This document shows positions 10,134 through 18,859 of a stretch of DNA of 64,000 bases, piece by piece. Numbering within the stretch: position 1 is the first letter of the stretch; each line of letters starts with the position of its first letter. The position numbers and the translations under genes were made by a program. The notes beneath the pieces were generated by a model. That model worked only from the letters and a program-made list of their open reading frames with translations, did not search any database and was not told where the DNA came from. Source of the stretch: an uncultured Acidobacteriota bacterium (GTDB lineage Bacteria; Acidobacteriota; Vicinamibacteria; Fen-336); the NCBI GenBank assembly GCA_963703985.1, contig CAVPGH010000001.1, forward strand, positions 961,713 through 1,025,712. Direction: 5' to 3'.

Positions 10134-10787
10134 ATGATGTATAGAGCGGCGTTCGCGATCCTGGTGGTCACGGGCCTGGCCGTGCCCGCGCGGGCAGCGG
10201 AGCACCGGCTGGAGCTGAGCGGCAACGCGGGGTATGTGGTGAGCGACGGCGTGACCTTCGACGGCGTGCTCGTCAACGGCAATGTCTTCGACAGCGTGGA
10301 CCCGAAGGACGGCTTCGGCTACAACTTCACGCTGGGTTACTACTTCTCGGACAATTTCGAGCTCGAGGGCCTGTGGAGCCAACAGAAGTCGAAGCTCCAG
10401 GTGGGAGGGACCCAAACCGTGGATATCGACGACATCACCATCGATAACTTCATGGGGAACTTCGTCTACAACTTCGGGGAGGGGACGGCGGCGGTCCGTC
10501 CCTATCTGCTCCTGGGACTCGGGGCGACCCGTTACGGCAGCTTCGACGTGCGCACCGTGCCCGTGGGAAGCAACACCAAGTTCTCGGGCTCATTCGGCGC
10601 GGGTCTGAAGATGTACCCCGGCGGCGGCAAGGCCGGCCTGAAGCTGGGCTTCCGCTGGACGCCGACCTACATCAAGTCGGACTCCGCGGGCTGGTGGTGC
10701 GATCCGTACTGGGGCTGCTTCGAGGTGACCGACCCCCAGTACTCGAACCAGTTCGAGTTCACCGGGGGGATCACCCTGCGGTTCTGA
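10134..10787 (+). CDS. Small outer-membrane beta-barrel protein (OmpW/OmpA-barrel-like)
   Basis: Intact 217-aa ORF. It has a signal peptide ending ARA-AE, alternating hydrophobic beta-strand pattern, and a C-terminal GGITLRF ending in Phe. GGAGGA at 10120-10125 lies 8 nt upstream of the ATG. Confidence 0.8.
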   Translation: MMYRAAFAILVVTGLAVPARAAEHRLELSGNAGYVVSDGVTFDGVLVNGNVFDSVDPKDGFGYNFTLGYYFSDNFELEGLWSQQKSKLQVGGTQTVDIDDITIDNFMGNFVYNFGEGTAAVRPYLLLGLGATRYGSFDVRTVPVGSNTKFSGSFGAGLKMYPGGGKAGLKLGFRWTPTYIKSDSAGWWCDPYWGCFEVTDPQYSNQFEFTGGITLRF

Positions 10788-10802
10788 TTCGTCCCGGCGA
10801 TC

Positions 10803-10828
10803 GAGAGGGGCGCTCCGGCGCCCCTCTC
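10803..10828 (+). terminator. Stem-loop downstream of the beta-barrel gene (probable intrinsic terminator)
   Basis: GAGAGGGGCGC-tccg-GCGCCCCTCTC forms a perfect 11-bp stem with a tetraloop, 16 nt after the stop at 10787. There is no clear U-tract. Confidence 0.5.
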
Positions 10829-10857
10829 CGCGCGGCATCCGGTAATCTAGCTTCTCC

Positions 10858-12651
10858 ATGCCGCCCGAAGCCGTCGGTTGGTCCCTTCGCCTGCCGACGC
10901 GCGTCCGCGGCCTGGGCGCGGTCGCGCTGAGCCTGGGCCTCGGCGGCGCGGGGTGTACGAAGGAGGCGCCGGCCAAGACCGGGCCGCCGCCGTCCGTGCT
11001 CCTCATCACGGTCGACACCCTCCGCGCCGACCGCGTCGGCGCCTACGGCGACAAGCGGGCGCGCACCCCGACGATGGACGCGCTCGCCCGCGCCGGCCTT
11101 TCGTTCGACGCCGCGTTCACTCCCGTGCCCATGACGCTCCCCGCCCACGCGAGCGTGATGACCGGCCTTCTGCCCCCGCAGCACGGCGTGCGGGGGAACG
11201 GCGCCTTCGCGCTCGGCCCCTCCTTCCCGACGCTCGCGGAGATCCTGCGGGGCCGCGGCCTGCGCACGGCCGGCTTCGTGGGCGGCTTCCCGCTCGAGCG
11301 GCGCTTCGGCCTCGCCCGCGGCTTCGACCACTACGACGACGCGTTCGAGCGTGCCCACGGCATGCACTTCGAGTTCGCGGAGCGCCGCGCCGACCGCGTG
11401 GTCGCGGCCGCCCAGGCCTGGCTCGGGGGCGAGCCGGGCCCGGTGTTCGTGTGGGTCCACGTCTTCGACCCGCACGCTCCCTACGATCCGCCTCCCGCCT
11501 TTCGCGGCGACGATCCCTATCGCGGGGAGATCGCGTTCGCCGACGACGCGCTCGGGAAGCTGCTCGCGACCTGGGACGCGCGGACCGGGCCCTCCTTCGT
11601 GGCCCTCGCCTCGGACCACGGCGAGGCGTTCGGCGAGCACGGCGAGGAGAGCCACAGCCTCTTCCTGTACGACACCACGCTCCGCGTTCCTCTCGTCCTG
11701 CGCGGACCGGGCATCCCCGCGGGCCGGCGGGTGGGGGCGCCGGTGGGGCTGGCCGAGCTCGGGGCCACCCTCGTCGCGCGCGTGGACGAGACGGCGACGC
11801 GGGCGCGCGCTTCGCCGGCGCCCGGTCTCCCCGGCCGTGACCTCGTGGCCGAGGTCCGCACGCCTTCGCCATCCTCCGCACCGCTCTACGCGGAGACGCT
11901 CGCCCCCCGCCTGGACTTCGGCTGGAGCGACCTGCGGGCCCTGCGCGACGGCCGCTACAAGTACGTTCGCGCTCCGCGTCCCGAGCTCTTCGACCTCGGG
12001 GCGGACCCGGGGGAGACGAAAGACCTGTCGGCACGCGAGCCCGCGGTACGGGCGCGCTTGTCGGCCGCGCTCGAGGCGCTGCTCCGACGGCTGGGGGATA
12101 CGGAAACGCGCGCGGCGCCGGATGCCGAGGCGGGGGAGCGGCTCCGCGCGCTGGGCTACGTGCAGGGCCCGGGTGGGGCCGCCTCCGGGGCCGACCCCAA
12201 GGACAAGATCGACGTGGCCCTGCGCATTGCCCGGGCCGCGGGCCCCTTCCCCAGCCCGGGAGAAGCCGCGCGCGTCTATCGCGAGATCAAGGCACTCGAT
12301 CCCGACAACCCGCTCGTCAACCTCCGTCTGGCCGACGCCCTTCTGCGAGCGGGCCGCCCGCGGGAGGCCATCGCCCCTTTTCGCAAGGTCGTCGATGGCG
12401 GGCCGCGCACCGTGGACGCGCACGTGGGGCTCGCCACGACCTACGCCGAGCTGGGCCGGATGACGGACGCGAAGCGCGTGCTCGAGGAGGCCCTGCGCAT
12501 CGACCCTCGGAGCGGCCAGGTCCGCTTCAACCTCGGCGAGCTGGCCCGCGCCGCCGGAGACCTGGCGGCCGCACGGGCCCAGTACGAAGCGGCGCTCGTC
12601 GATCCAGTGACGGCCGAGCGCGCCCGGGAGCGGCTGCGGACGCTGAAGTAG
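10858..12651 (+). CDS. Lipoprotein: sulfatase-fold (alkaline-phosphatase superfamily) hydrolase/transferase with Thr nucleophile, fused to C-terminal TPR repeats (copy 1)
   Basis: Intact 597-aa ORF with a lipobox-like LGGAGC. Fold motifs: SVLLITVDTLRADR, MTLPAHASVMTGLLPPQHGVRGNG, ASDHGEAFGEHGE and ELFDLGADPGETKDLS. The C-terminal ~170 aa are TPR-like (RLADALLRAGRPREA..., ELGRMTDAKRVLEEALRIDP). Confidence 0.85.
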   Translation: MPPEAVGWSLRLPTRVRGLGAVALSLGLGGAGCTKEAPAKTGPPPSVLLITVDTLRADRVGAYGDKRARTPTMDALARAGLSFDAAFTPVPMTLPAHASVMTGLLPPQHGVRGNGAFALGPSFPTLAEILRGRGLRTAGFVGGFPLERRFGLARGFDHYDDAFERAHGMHFEFAERRADRVVAAAQAWLGGEPGPVFVWVHVFDPHAPYDPPPAFRGDDPYRGEIAFADDALGKLLATWDARTGPSFVALASDHGEAFGEHGEESHSLFLYDTTLRVPLVLRGPGIPAGRRVGAPVGLAELGATLVARVDETATRARASPAPGLPGRDLVAEVRTPSPSSAPLYAETLAPRLDFGWSDLRALRDGRYKYVRAPRPELFDLGADPGETKDLSAREPAVRARLSAALEALLRRLGDTETRAAPDAEAGERLRALGYVQGPGGAASGADPKDKIDVALRIARAAGPFPSPGEAARVYREIKALDPDNPLVNLRLADALLRAGRPREAIAPFRKVVDGGPRTVDAHVGLATTYAELGRMTDAKRVLEEALRIDPRSGQVRFNLGELARAAGDLAAARAQYEAALVDPVTAERARERLRTLK

Positions 12652-12948
12652 GCGCCGGCACGGGGAGGAGGCTCGGTCGCACCGGTTCGAACATCCAATG
12701 GTTCGTATAGTTCCAATGGATTGGATGTTTGGTGCTCACGGCCAACCCACGGTCCGTCGGCACAAGAGTCCCTTAATCAACATGTTGTGGCCCTTGGATC
12801 GTTCCACCCAAGGCCTGCCCGCGGGTGGCTGACCAATTGCAGTAACCACGGCATCGCCAATCGGCAGGACCGAGGATCGGCTGGCCGCAAGACCGGCAAC
12901 GAACTCAGAAACTCGGACCATTTCCTGGTTTTCCAAGGAGGGGCTTTG

Positions 12949-15826
12949 ATGCGCAAAACGCTGCACTCGGCGCTCGGTCTGCTCCTCGCCCTCGGCATCT
13001 CCGTCCCCGTGCTCGCGCAGGGAACGACGGGAACGATCGAGGGGAGGGTGCTCGACCAGCAGGGGCTCGCCCTGCCCGGCGCCACCGTCACCGTCAAGAA
13101 CATCGCCACCGGCTTCAAGCGCACCGGGGTGTCGGACTCCACGGGCGCCTACCTGTTCCCCGGCCTCCCCGTCGCCACGTACGAGGTGAGCGTGGAGCTG
13201 ACCGGCTTCGCCGCGCAGTCGAGGAAGAGCATCGTCAACGTGCAGTCCACCACCACCTCGGACTTCCACCTGAGTGTCGCGACCATGACCGAGGCCGTCA
13301 CCGTCACCGCGGAGTCGTCGCTCATCGACACCAAGTCCTCGGGCGTGGGCGAGGTCATCACCGGCACCCAGATCGAGAACCTGCCCCTGAACGGGCGGCA
13401 GTTCGGGAACCTGGCCGCGCTGGTTCCCGGGGTGAGCCTCGGACTTCCACACCGACCCCACCAAGTCCACGCAGTACGCGCCCCAGGTGGGCGGCGGCGG
13501 CGGCCGCAACATCAACTACCTGATCGACGGCGGCGACAACAACGACGACACCGTCGGCGGCCTGGTCCAGAACTTCCCCCTCGATTCCATCGGGGAGTTC
13601 AACTTCGAGACCCAGCGCTTCCGGGCCGACGTCGGGCCGCGCCAACGGCGGGGTCATCAAGCGTCGTGACCAAGAGCGGCACCAACGAGCTGCAGGGGTC
13701 CGCCTTCGGCTACTTCCGCGACAAGGCCCTGAACGCGCAGACCGAGACCGAGAAGCTCAACAACGTGCCCAAGGGCGACTATCGGCGCTGGCAGTACGGC
13801 GCGAGCCTGGGCGGGCCCGTCGATCAAGGACCGGACCCACTTCTTCGGCGTCCTTCGAGCGCATCCAGCCAGGACACCACCCAGTCGGTGAACACCCGAG
13901 GCCTCTACCCGGACAAGGACGGCGTCTACGCGCTGCCCTACACCGAGAACATGTTCGTGACCAAGATCACCCACCAGGTGAGCCCCGACAACTACCTCTC
14001 CGTGCGCTACGGGTACAACGACAACAGTCAGCCCTACGGGACGACGCCCAACTCGCCGCCGGAGTCGTGGGGCACCAGCAAGAACAAGTTCCACTCCGCC
14101 AACCTGAACCTCAACTCCGTGCTGGGCGCGGGCAAGCTGAACGAGTTCATCTTCCAGTTCTCGTACTTCCACAACCACATCGGCGAGAACTCGACCCTGC
14201 CCACCGAGACCTACCCGAACGGCGTGGCGGTGGGGCAGTCCGTCAACACCCCCCAGACCACCGATCAGCACAAGTACCAGTTCCGGGACGACTTCACCTG
14301 GACCAAGGGCCGCCACGAGCTCAAGGCGGGGGTCAGCTTCATCTACGAGCCCAAGCTCAGCATCACCTTCGACAGCGGCGCCCAGCGCCAACTACACCCA
14401 CCTCACGGACAGCCGCACCTCGGCCATCTCGAGCATCACCTACAGCGGGTTCACCCCCGGGGTCGAGGGCCAGGCCGCGGGCCGAGATCCCGAACAACCA
14501 GTACGGCCTCTACGTGCAGGACACGTGGCGCGTCAACGAGAAGCTGACCCTGAACCTCGGTCTCCGCTACGACCTGGTCACCGGCTTCGCCGACGACCAG
14601 GCCGGCAACCTCATCTACGAAGAGATGCAGGCCGCCGGCCGCGCGGGAGTGTTCGAGCGCACCGGCCTCCCCTGCCCCTGCCCCGGCTTCGAGGACTTCG
14701 GCCAGGAGCCCAAGGAGGACACGAACAACTTCGCCCCGCGCGTCGGCTTCACCTTCGACCCGAAGGCGGACGGCAAGCTCGTGCTCCGCGGCGGCGCCGG
14801 CCGCTACTACGATTTCGCCTACACCAACGCCAACATCCTGTTCCCGGTCTACGGCGCCCAGGTGCCTTTCGGCCAGATCTACTCGAACACGAACAGCACC
14901 GGGGTCCGCAACGCGGACGGCACCGTGTTCGCGGTGGGTCAGCCGCTGCCGCCCAATCAACTCCTGAACGTGACCCGGCCCATACCGAGCAGGCTCACCA
15001 CGCCTCGGCCGCGGCAGCCCTACACCGACCAGGCCAACCTCGGCTTCTCCAAGGAGTTCGGCGGCAGCTACGCGGTCGAGGTGGACGGGGTGTACGCGAG
15101 CGGCCAGGATTTCGGCCTTCGTCCGCGCCTGAACGTGCGCATCAACGCCGGTCCCCGACGGTTCCTGGGCATCCTGCCCCAGACGGGCGGCTCGAACTTC
15201 CGGGTGTACCTCCCCGAGGGCGTAAACCACTACAAGGGCGTCGACCCTCGCGTTCAAGAAGCGCTGGGACGGCAAGCTGCAGGTGCTGGCCAGCTACACG
15301 CTGTCGAGAGCCAGCTCCTCGGCCAGCCGCCGGGCCACCGACGAGTTCGGCGACTACGACGTGATCAACGCCTTCGACCCCTTCGCCGATGCCCAGGAGG
15401 GGCCGACCCGCACGGACGCCCTCCACCGCGTCACGGCGAGCGCGGTGCTGGGATCCCGGCTGGGGCCTCACGATCTCGCCCGTCTTCCGCTACCGGTCGG
15501 AGACGCCCTGGAACGTGATCACCGGGGTGGACAACAACCGGGACGGCGCGAACTTCGACCTGCCGGTCGGGGTCGCCACCGTCAACTCCGCGCGGTACTC
15601 CGACTTCAGCCAGGTCGACCTGCGCGTCTCGAAGAAGATCAAGCTCGGGAAGCGCTCGCAGATCGAGTTGATCGCAGAGGCGTTCAACATCTTCAACGAC
15701 AAGAACCCCAGCGTGTACGTCGAGAACCAGGCGTCGTCCACGTTCGGCACGCCCACCCGCTACGCCGGAGACTTCCGGCAGGGCGAGCAGCGTCTGGCCC
15801 AGTTCGGGCTGCGGCTGGATTTCTAG
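12949..15826 (+). pseudogene. TonB-dependent receptor with N-terminal CarboxypepD_reg-like domain (copy 1); 10 single-base insertions as sequenced
   Basis: AAGGAGGGG lies upstream of ATG 12949. Signal peptide, then GTIEGRVLDQQGLALPGATVTVKN...TGAYLFPGLPVATYEV, and a plug ([21 protein letters not shown]). The barrel ends FGLRLDF. The gene is colinear with the intact paralog at 33508-36381 once the frame is advanced by +1 at ~13441, 13638, 13661, 13822, 13853, 13869, ~14395, ~14480, ~15246 and ~15451. Confidence 0.85.
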
Positions 15827-15847
15827 TCGCTTCGGGTCGTTCGCAAC

Positions 15848-15880
15848 GGGCGGGGGTCCGCAAGGGCCTCCGCCCTTCTT
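15848..15880 (+). terminator. Intrinsic terminator after receptor copy 1
   Basis: A 12-bp stem (GGGCGGGGGTCC / GGGCCTCCGCCC, including 2 G-U pairs) closes on a GCAA (GNRA) tetraloop and is followed by TTCTT. It starts 22 nt after the stop at 15826. Confidence 0.6.
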
Positions 15881-15938
15881 GCGCTCAGGGCTGTCTTCGT
15901 GGCAACCCTCGCCCCCCGATCGGCGTCATAGGGTCACG

Positions 15939-18464
15939 GTGAGCGGGCTTCTCCAGGATCTCCGCCATGCCCTTCGCGGGCTCCTCAAGTCCCGCGGGTT
16001 TGCGGTCATTGCCATTCTGTCCCTGGCCATCGGCATCGGCGCCAACACCGCGATCTTCACCCTCCTCGACCAGGTGCTGTTGCGCCGGCTGCCCGTCCGC
16101 GAGCCCCAGGACCTGGTGGCGCTCCGCATGGAAGGCGAGCACTACGGCAGCAACTGGGGCTTCAACGCGCTTTCCTACCCGCTCTACCAGGACCTGAGCC
16201 AGAACAACCAGGTCTTCACCGGCATGTTCTGCCGCTTCGACACCACGGTGAACCTCACCTACGGCGCCGACACCGAACGTGTCTCGGTGGAGCTCGTGTC
16301 CGGGACCTACTTCCCGGTGCTGGGGGTGGGCGCGGCCCGGGGACGGACCTTCACCCCCGAGGAAGACCGCGTGATCGGCGGCCACCCCGTGGTGATGCTG
16401 AGCCACTCGTATTGGCAGGCGCGCTTCGCCGGGGACCCGGGTGTCATCGGCCGGACGGTGACGATCAACGGCCACGACATGACGATCGTGGGCGTATCGC
16501 AGGCCGGCTTCGTGGGCGTCGAGATGGAGTCGCCGCCCCAGGTCTTCGTGCCCGTCACGATGAAGACCGTGGTCACGCCCGGCTGGGACGGCATGAAGGA
16601 GCGGCGCTGGCGCTGGGTCAACGTGTTCGCCCGCCTGAAGCCGGGCGTCTCGCGGCCGCAGGCGGAGGCCTCGCTGCAGCCCTTCTTCAGGGGCGTGCTC
16701 GAGATGGAGGTGAAGGAGGCCGCCTTCAACAACGCGGCCCCGGAGACGCGGGCGGCGTTCCTCAAGAACGTGCTGCAGGTCCTGCCCGGCGGCCAGGGGC
16801 GCTCGTACCTGCGCACGCAGCTCAAGACCCCGCTCTGGGTCCTGATGGGCCTGACCGGCGGGGTTCTCCTCATCGCCTGCGCGAACGTGGCCGGCCTGCT
16901 CGTCGCGCGCGCGGCGGGACGGGAAAGGGAGATGTCGATCCGCCTCGCCCTCGGCGCCGGGCGCGCCCACATCATCCGCTTCCTCCTCGCCGAGAGCGTC
17001 CTGCTCGCGGTGGCGGGCGCTTTCTCGGGCATCCTGCTCGCGCTCGCCACCAACCGGCTAATCCTGGGCCTCCTCCCTCCGGACCTGGCGGCGATGAACC
17101 TGAAGGCGGCCCCCGACATGCGCGTCTTCCTGTTCACGGTGGCGGTGTCCGTCGTCACCGTGCTCGTGGTGGGCCTGCTGCCCGCGGGCCCCGCGAGCCC
17201 CGACACGGCACCGGCCCTCAAGGAGCAGGCGGGCACGTCCAGCCCCCACCACACCCGCTTCCGCAAGGCCCTCGTGGGAGCGCAGGTCGCGCTGTCCGTG
17301 CTGCTCCTCGTCCAGGCCGGCCTCTTCGCGCGCAGCCTCGTCAACCTGCGGCAGCTCGGCACGGGATTCCCCACGGAGAACCTGATCGTCTTCAACCTCA
17401 ACCCCTTGCACGCCGGCTACTCGGCGGAGCGCACCAAGACCTTCTTCGAGCAGCTCACGGACGACCTGCGCGCCCTCCCCGGGGTCAAGGAAGTGGGGCT
17501 GGCGTCCGTGGCGATCATGCAGGGCAACGAGTGGGACAGCTCGATCACGGTCGAGGGCCACGCCGCGAAGCCGGGGGACGAGCCCGCGCCCTACATGAAC
17601 CAGATCGGGCCCGGCTACTTCGCGACCCTGGGGGTGCCGATCCTGGCCGGGCGCGACTTCAACCGCCAGGACACCGACGAGGTCAAGCACGGCCCGGACG
17701 ACGACGACTGGAGCCCGCGCGTGGTCATGGTCAACGAGAAGTTCGCCCGCAGGTTCTTCGGCGACGCCCAGAACGCCCTCGGCCGCCACGTGGGCTTCGG
17801 CAGCGACCCCGGCACCAAGACGGACATGGACATCGTGGGCGTGGTCAAGGACATCAAGTACACGAGCCTCCGCGACGAGATCCCCATCCAGATGTTCGTT
17901 CCCTACCTGGCCAGCCGACGCCTCGGCAACCTCAACGTCTACGTCCGCGCCCGGATGCCCCCGGAAGGGATGATCGCCACCGCCCGCGAGCGCGTCCGCG
18001 CCCTGGCTCCCAACATCCCCCTCTACGGCATCCGCACCATGGAGCACCGAGTCACGGACTCTCTCCTCATCGAGCGCCTCGTCGCGGGCCTCTCCACGGT
18101 CTTCGGCTTCGTCGCCGCTTTGCTGGCCTGTGTGGGTCTCTACGGGGTGATGGCCTACGGCGTCGCCCGCCGCACGAGGGAGATCGGCGTCCGCATGGCC
18201 CTCGGAGCCTTCCAGGGCGACGTCGTCTGGCTCGTCCTCAAGGAAGTGCTCGTCCTCGTGGGCATCGGCCTCGCCCTGGGCCTTCCCCTCGCCCTGGGCC
18301 TCTCCCACTGGGTCCGCAGCCAGCTCTTCGGCGTCAGCTTCGCGGATCCCGTCACTCTCCTGCTGGCGTCTCTCTGCCTTGGCGTTGCCGCGGCCCTCGC
18401 CGGCTACCTGCCCGCCCGCCGGGCCAGCCGTATCGATCCGCTTCAAGCCCTGCGCTGCGACTAG
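15939..18464 (+). CDS. ADOP-family permease (acidobacterial duplicated orphan permease; two MacB/FtsX-type halves)
   Basis: ORF 15879-18464. The N-terminus LLQDLRHALRGLLKSRGFAVIAILSLAIGIGANTAIF and the C-terminal ARRASRIDPLQALR are family hallmarks, and there are two FtsX-like 4-TM halves. The track start at 15879 is a TTG sitting in the terminator tail, so I prefer the in-frame GTG at 15939. The stop shares a CTAG with the convergent gene. Confidence 0.85.
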   Translation: MSGLLQDLRHALRGLLKSRGFAVIAILSLAIGIGANTAIFTLLDQVLLRRLPVREPQDLVALRMEGEHYGSNWGFNALSYPLYQDLSQNNQVFTGMFCRFDTTVNLTYGADTERVSVELVSGTYFPVLGVGAARGRTFTPEEDRVIGGHPVVMLSHSYWQARFAGDPGVIGRTVTINGHDMTIVGVSQAGFVGVEMESPPQVFVPVTMKTVVTPGWDGMKERRWRWVNVFARLKPGVSRPQAEASLQPFFRGVLEMEVKEAAFNNAAPETRAAFLKNVLQVLPGGQGRSYLRTQLKTPLWVLMGLTGGVLLIACANVAGLLVARAAGREREMSIRLALGAGRAHIIRFLLAESVLLAVAGAFSGILLALATNRLILGLLPPDLAAMNLKAAPDMRVFLFTVAVSVVTVLVVGLLPAGPASPDTAPALKEQAGTSSPHHTRFRKALVGAQVALSVLLLVQAGLFARSLVNLRQLGTGFPTENLIVFNLNPLHAGYSAERTKTFFEQLTDDLRALPGVKEVGLASVAIMQGNEWDSSITVEGHAAKPGDEPAPYMNQIGPGYFATLGVPILAGRDFNRQDTDEVKHGPDDDDWSPRVVMVNEKFARRFFGDAQNALGRHVGFGSDPGTKTDMDIVGVVKDIKYTSLRDEIPIQMFVPYLASRRLGNLNVYVRARMPPEGMIATARERVRALAPNIPLYGIRTMEHRVTDSLLIERLVAGLSTVFGFVAALLACVGLYGVMAYGVARRTREIGVRMALGAFQGDVVWLVLKEVLVLVGIGLALGLPLALGLSHWVRSQLFGVSFADPVTLLLASLCLGVAAALAGYLPARRASRIDPLQALRCD

Positions 18465-18859
18465 CCAAAGCCCGGTTCGTCCGCGGTCGGTCCGTAGATC
18501 GAGGGCACCGGCGCTTCGTTGAGTCGCATGTAGACGGTGAGCTGCCCGCGATGATGGGCCAGATGGTTGAAGACGGCGGAGCGCAGGACCTGGTAGCGCA
18601 GCTGCTCGCTGACCACCCGGCCGGAGAAGAGCAGCCGCCAGGGCTTCATCAAGTGCTCGTCGGTCGTGCTCCCCAGCGCGTCGCGTCCCTCGGCGACACT
18701 CTCGTCGAGCAGCGCCAGGAGCTCGCGCCTCGTGCTCAGCACCTGGGGCGTGTAGGACGAACCTCCGGGAGCTCGGGCTACCCTGGCTCCGTGAAGGAAA
18801 AGCCGGTCGAGACATGAAAGCCGATCGCCTGTTGTCCTCTCTTCTCTTGCTGCAGGCAC
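18461..18859 (-). CDS. DinB-family protein, apparently N-terminally truncated
   Basis: The C-terminal ~100 aa are typical (AVFNHLAHHRGQLTVYMRLNEAPVPSIYGP). The first ~45 nt of the ORF overlap the divergent regulator's start codon, and the N-terminal His-bearing helices are missing. Confidence 0.5.
   Translation of the reverse strand: MPAAREERTTGDRLSCLDRLFLHGARVARAPGGSSYTPQVLSTRRELLALLDESVAEGRDALGSTTDEHLMKPWRLLFSGRVVSEQLRYQVLRSAVFNHLAHHRGQLTVYMRLNEAPVPSIYGPTADEPGFG

Noticed and set aside
10858-12651. Calling the two lipoproteins arylsulfatases.
   Set aside because: The C/S-x-P-x-R formylglycine motif is replaced by T-L-P-(A/S)-H in both copies. The fold is sulfatase-like but the chemistry is probably phospho-ester directed.
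13441-15451. Interpreting the many frame changes as programmed ribosomal frameshifting or as long-standing pseudogenes.
   Set aside because: There are no slippery heptamers or stimulatory structures at the sites. There are ten or more events per gene. I noticed no premature in-frame stops in the corrected reading frame, conserved motifs are intact, and operon overlaps are preserved. A consensus-quality artefact is more parsimonious, though unproven.
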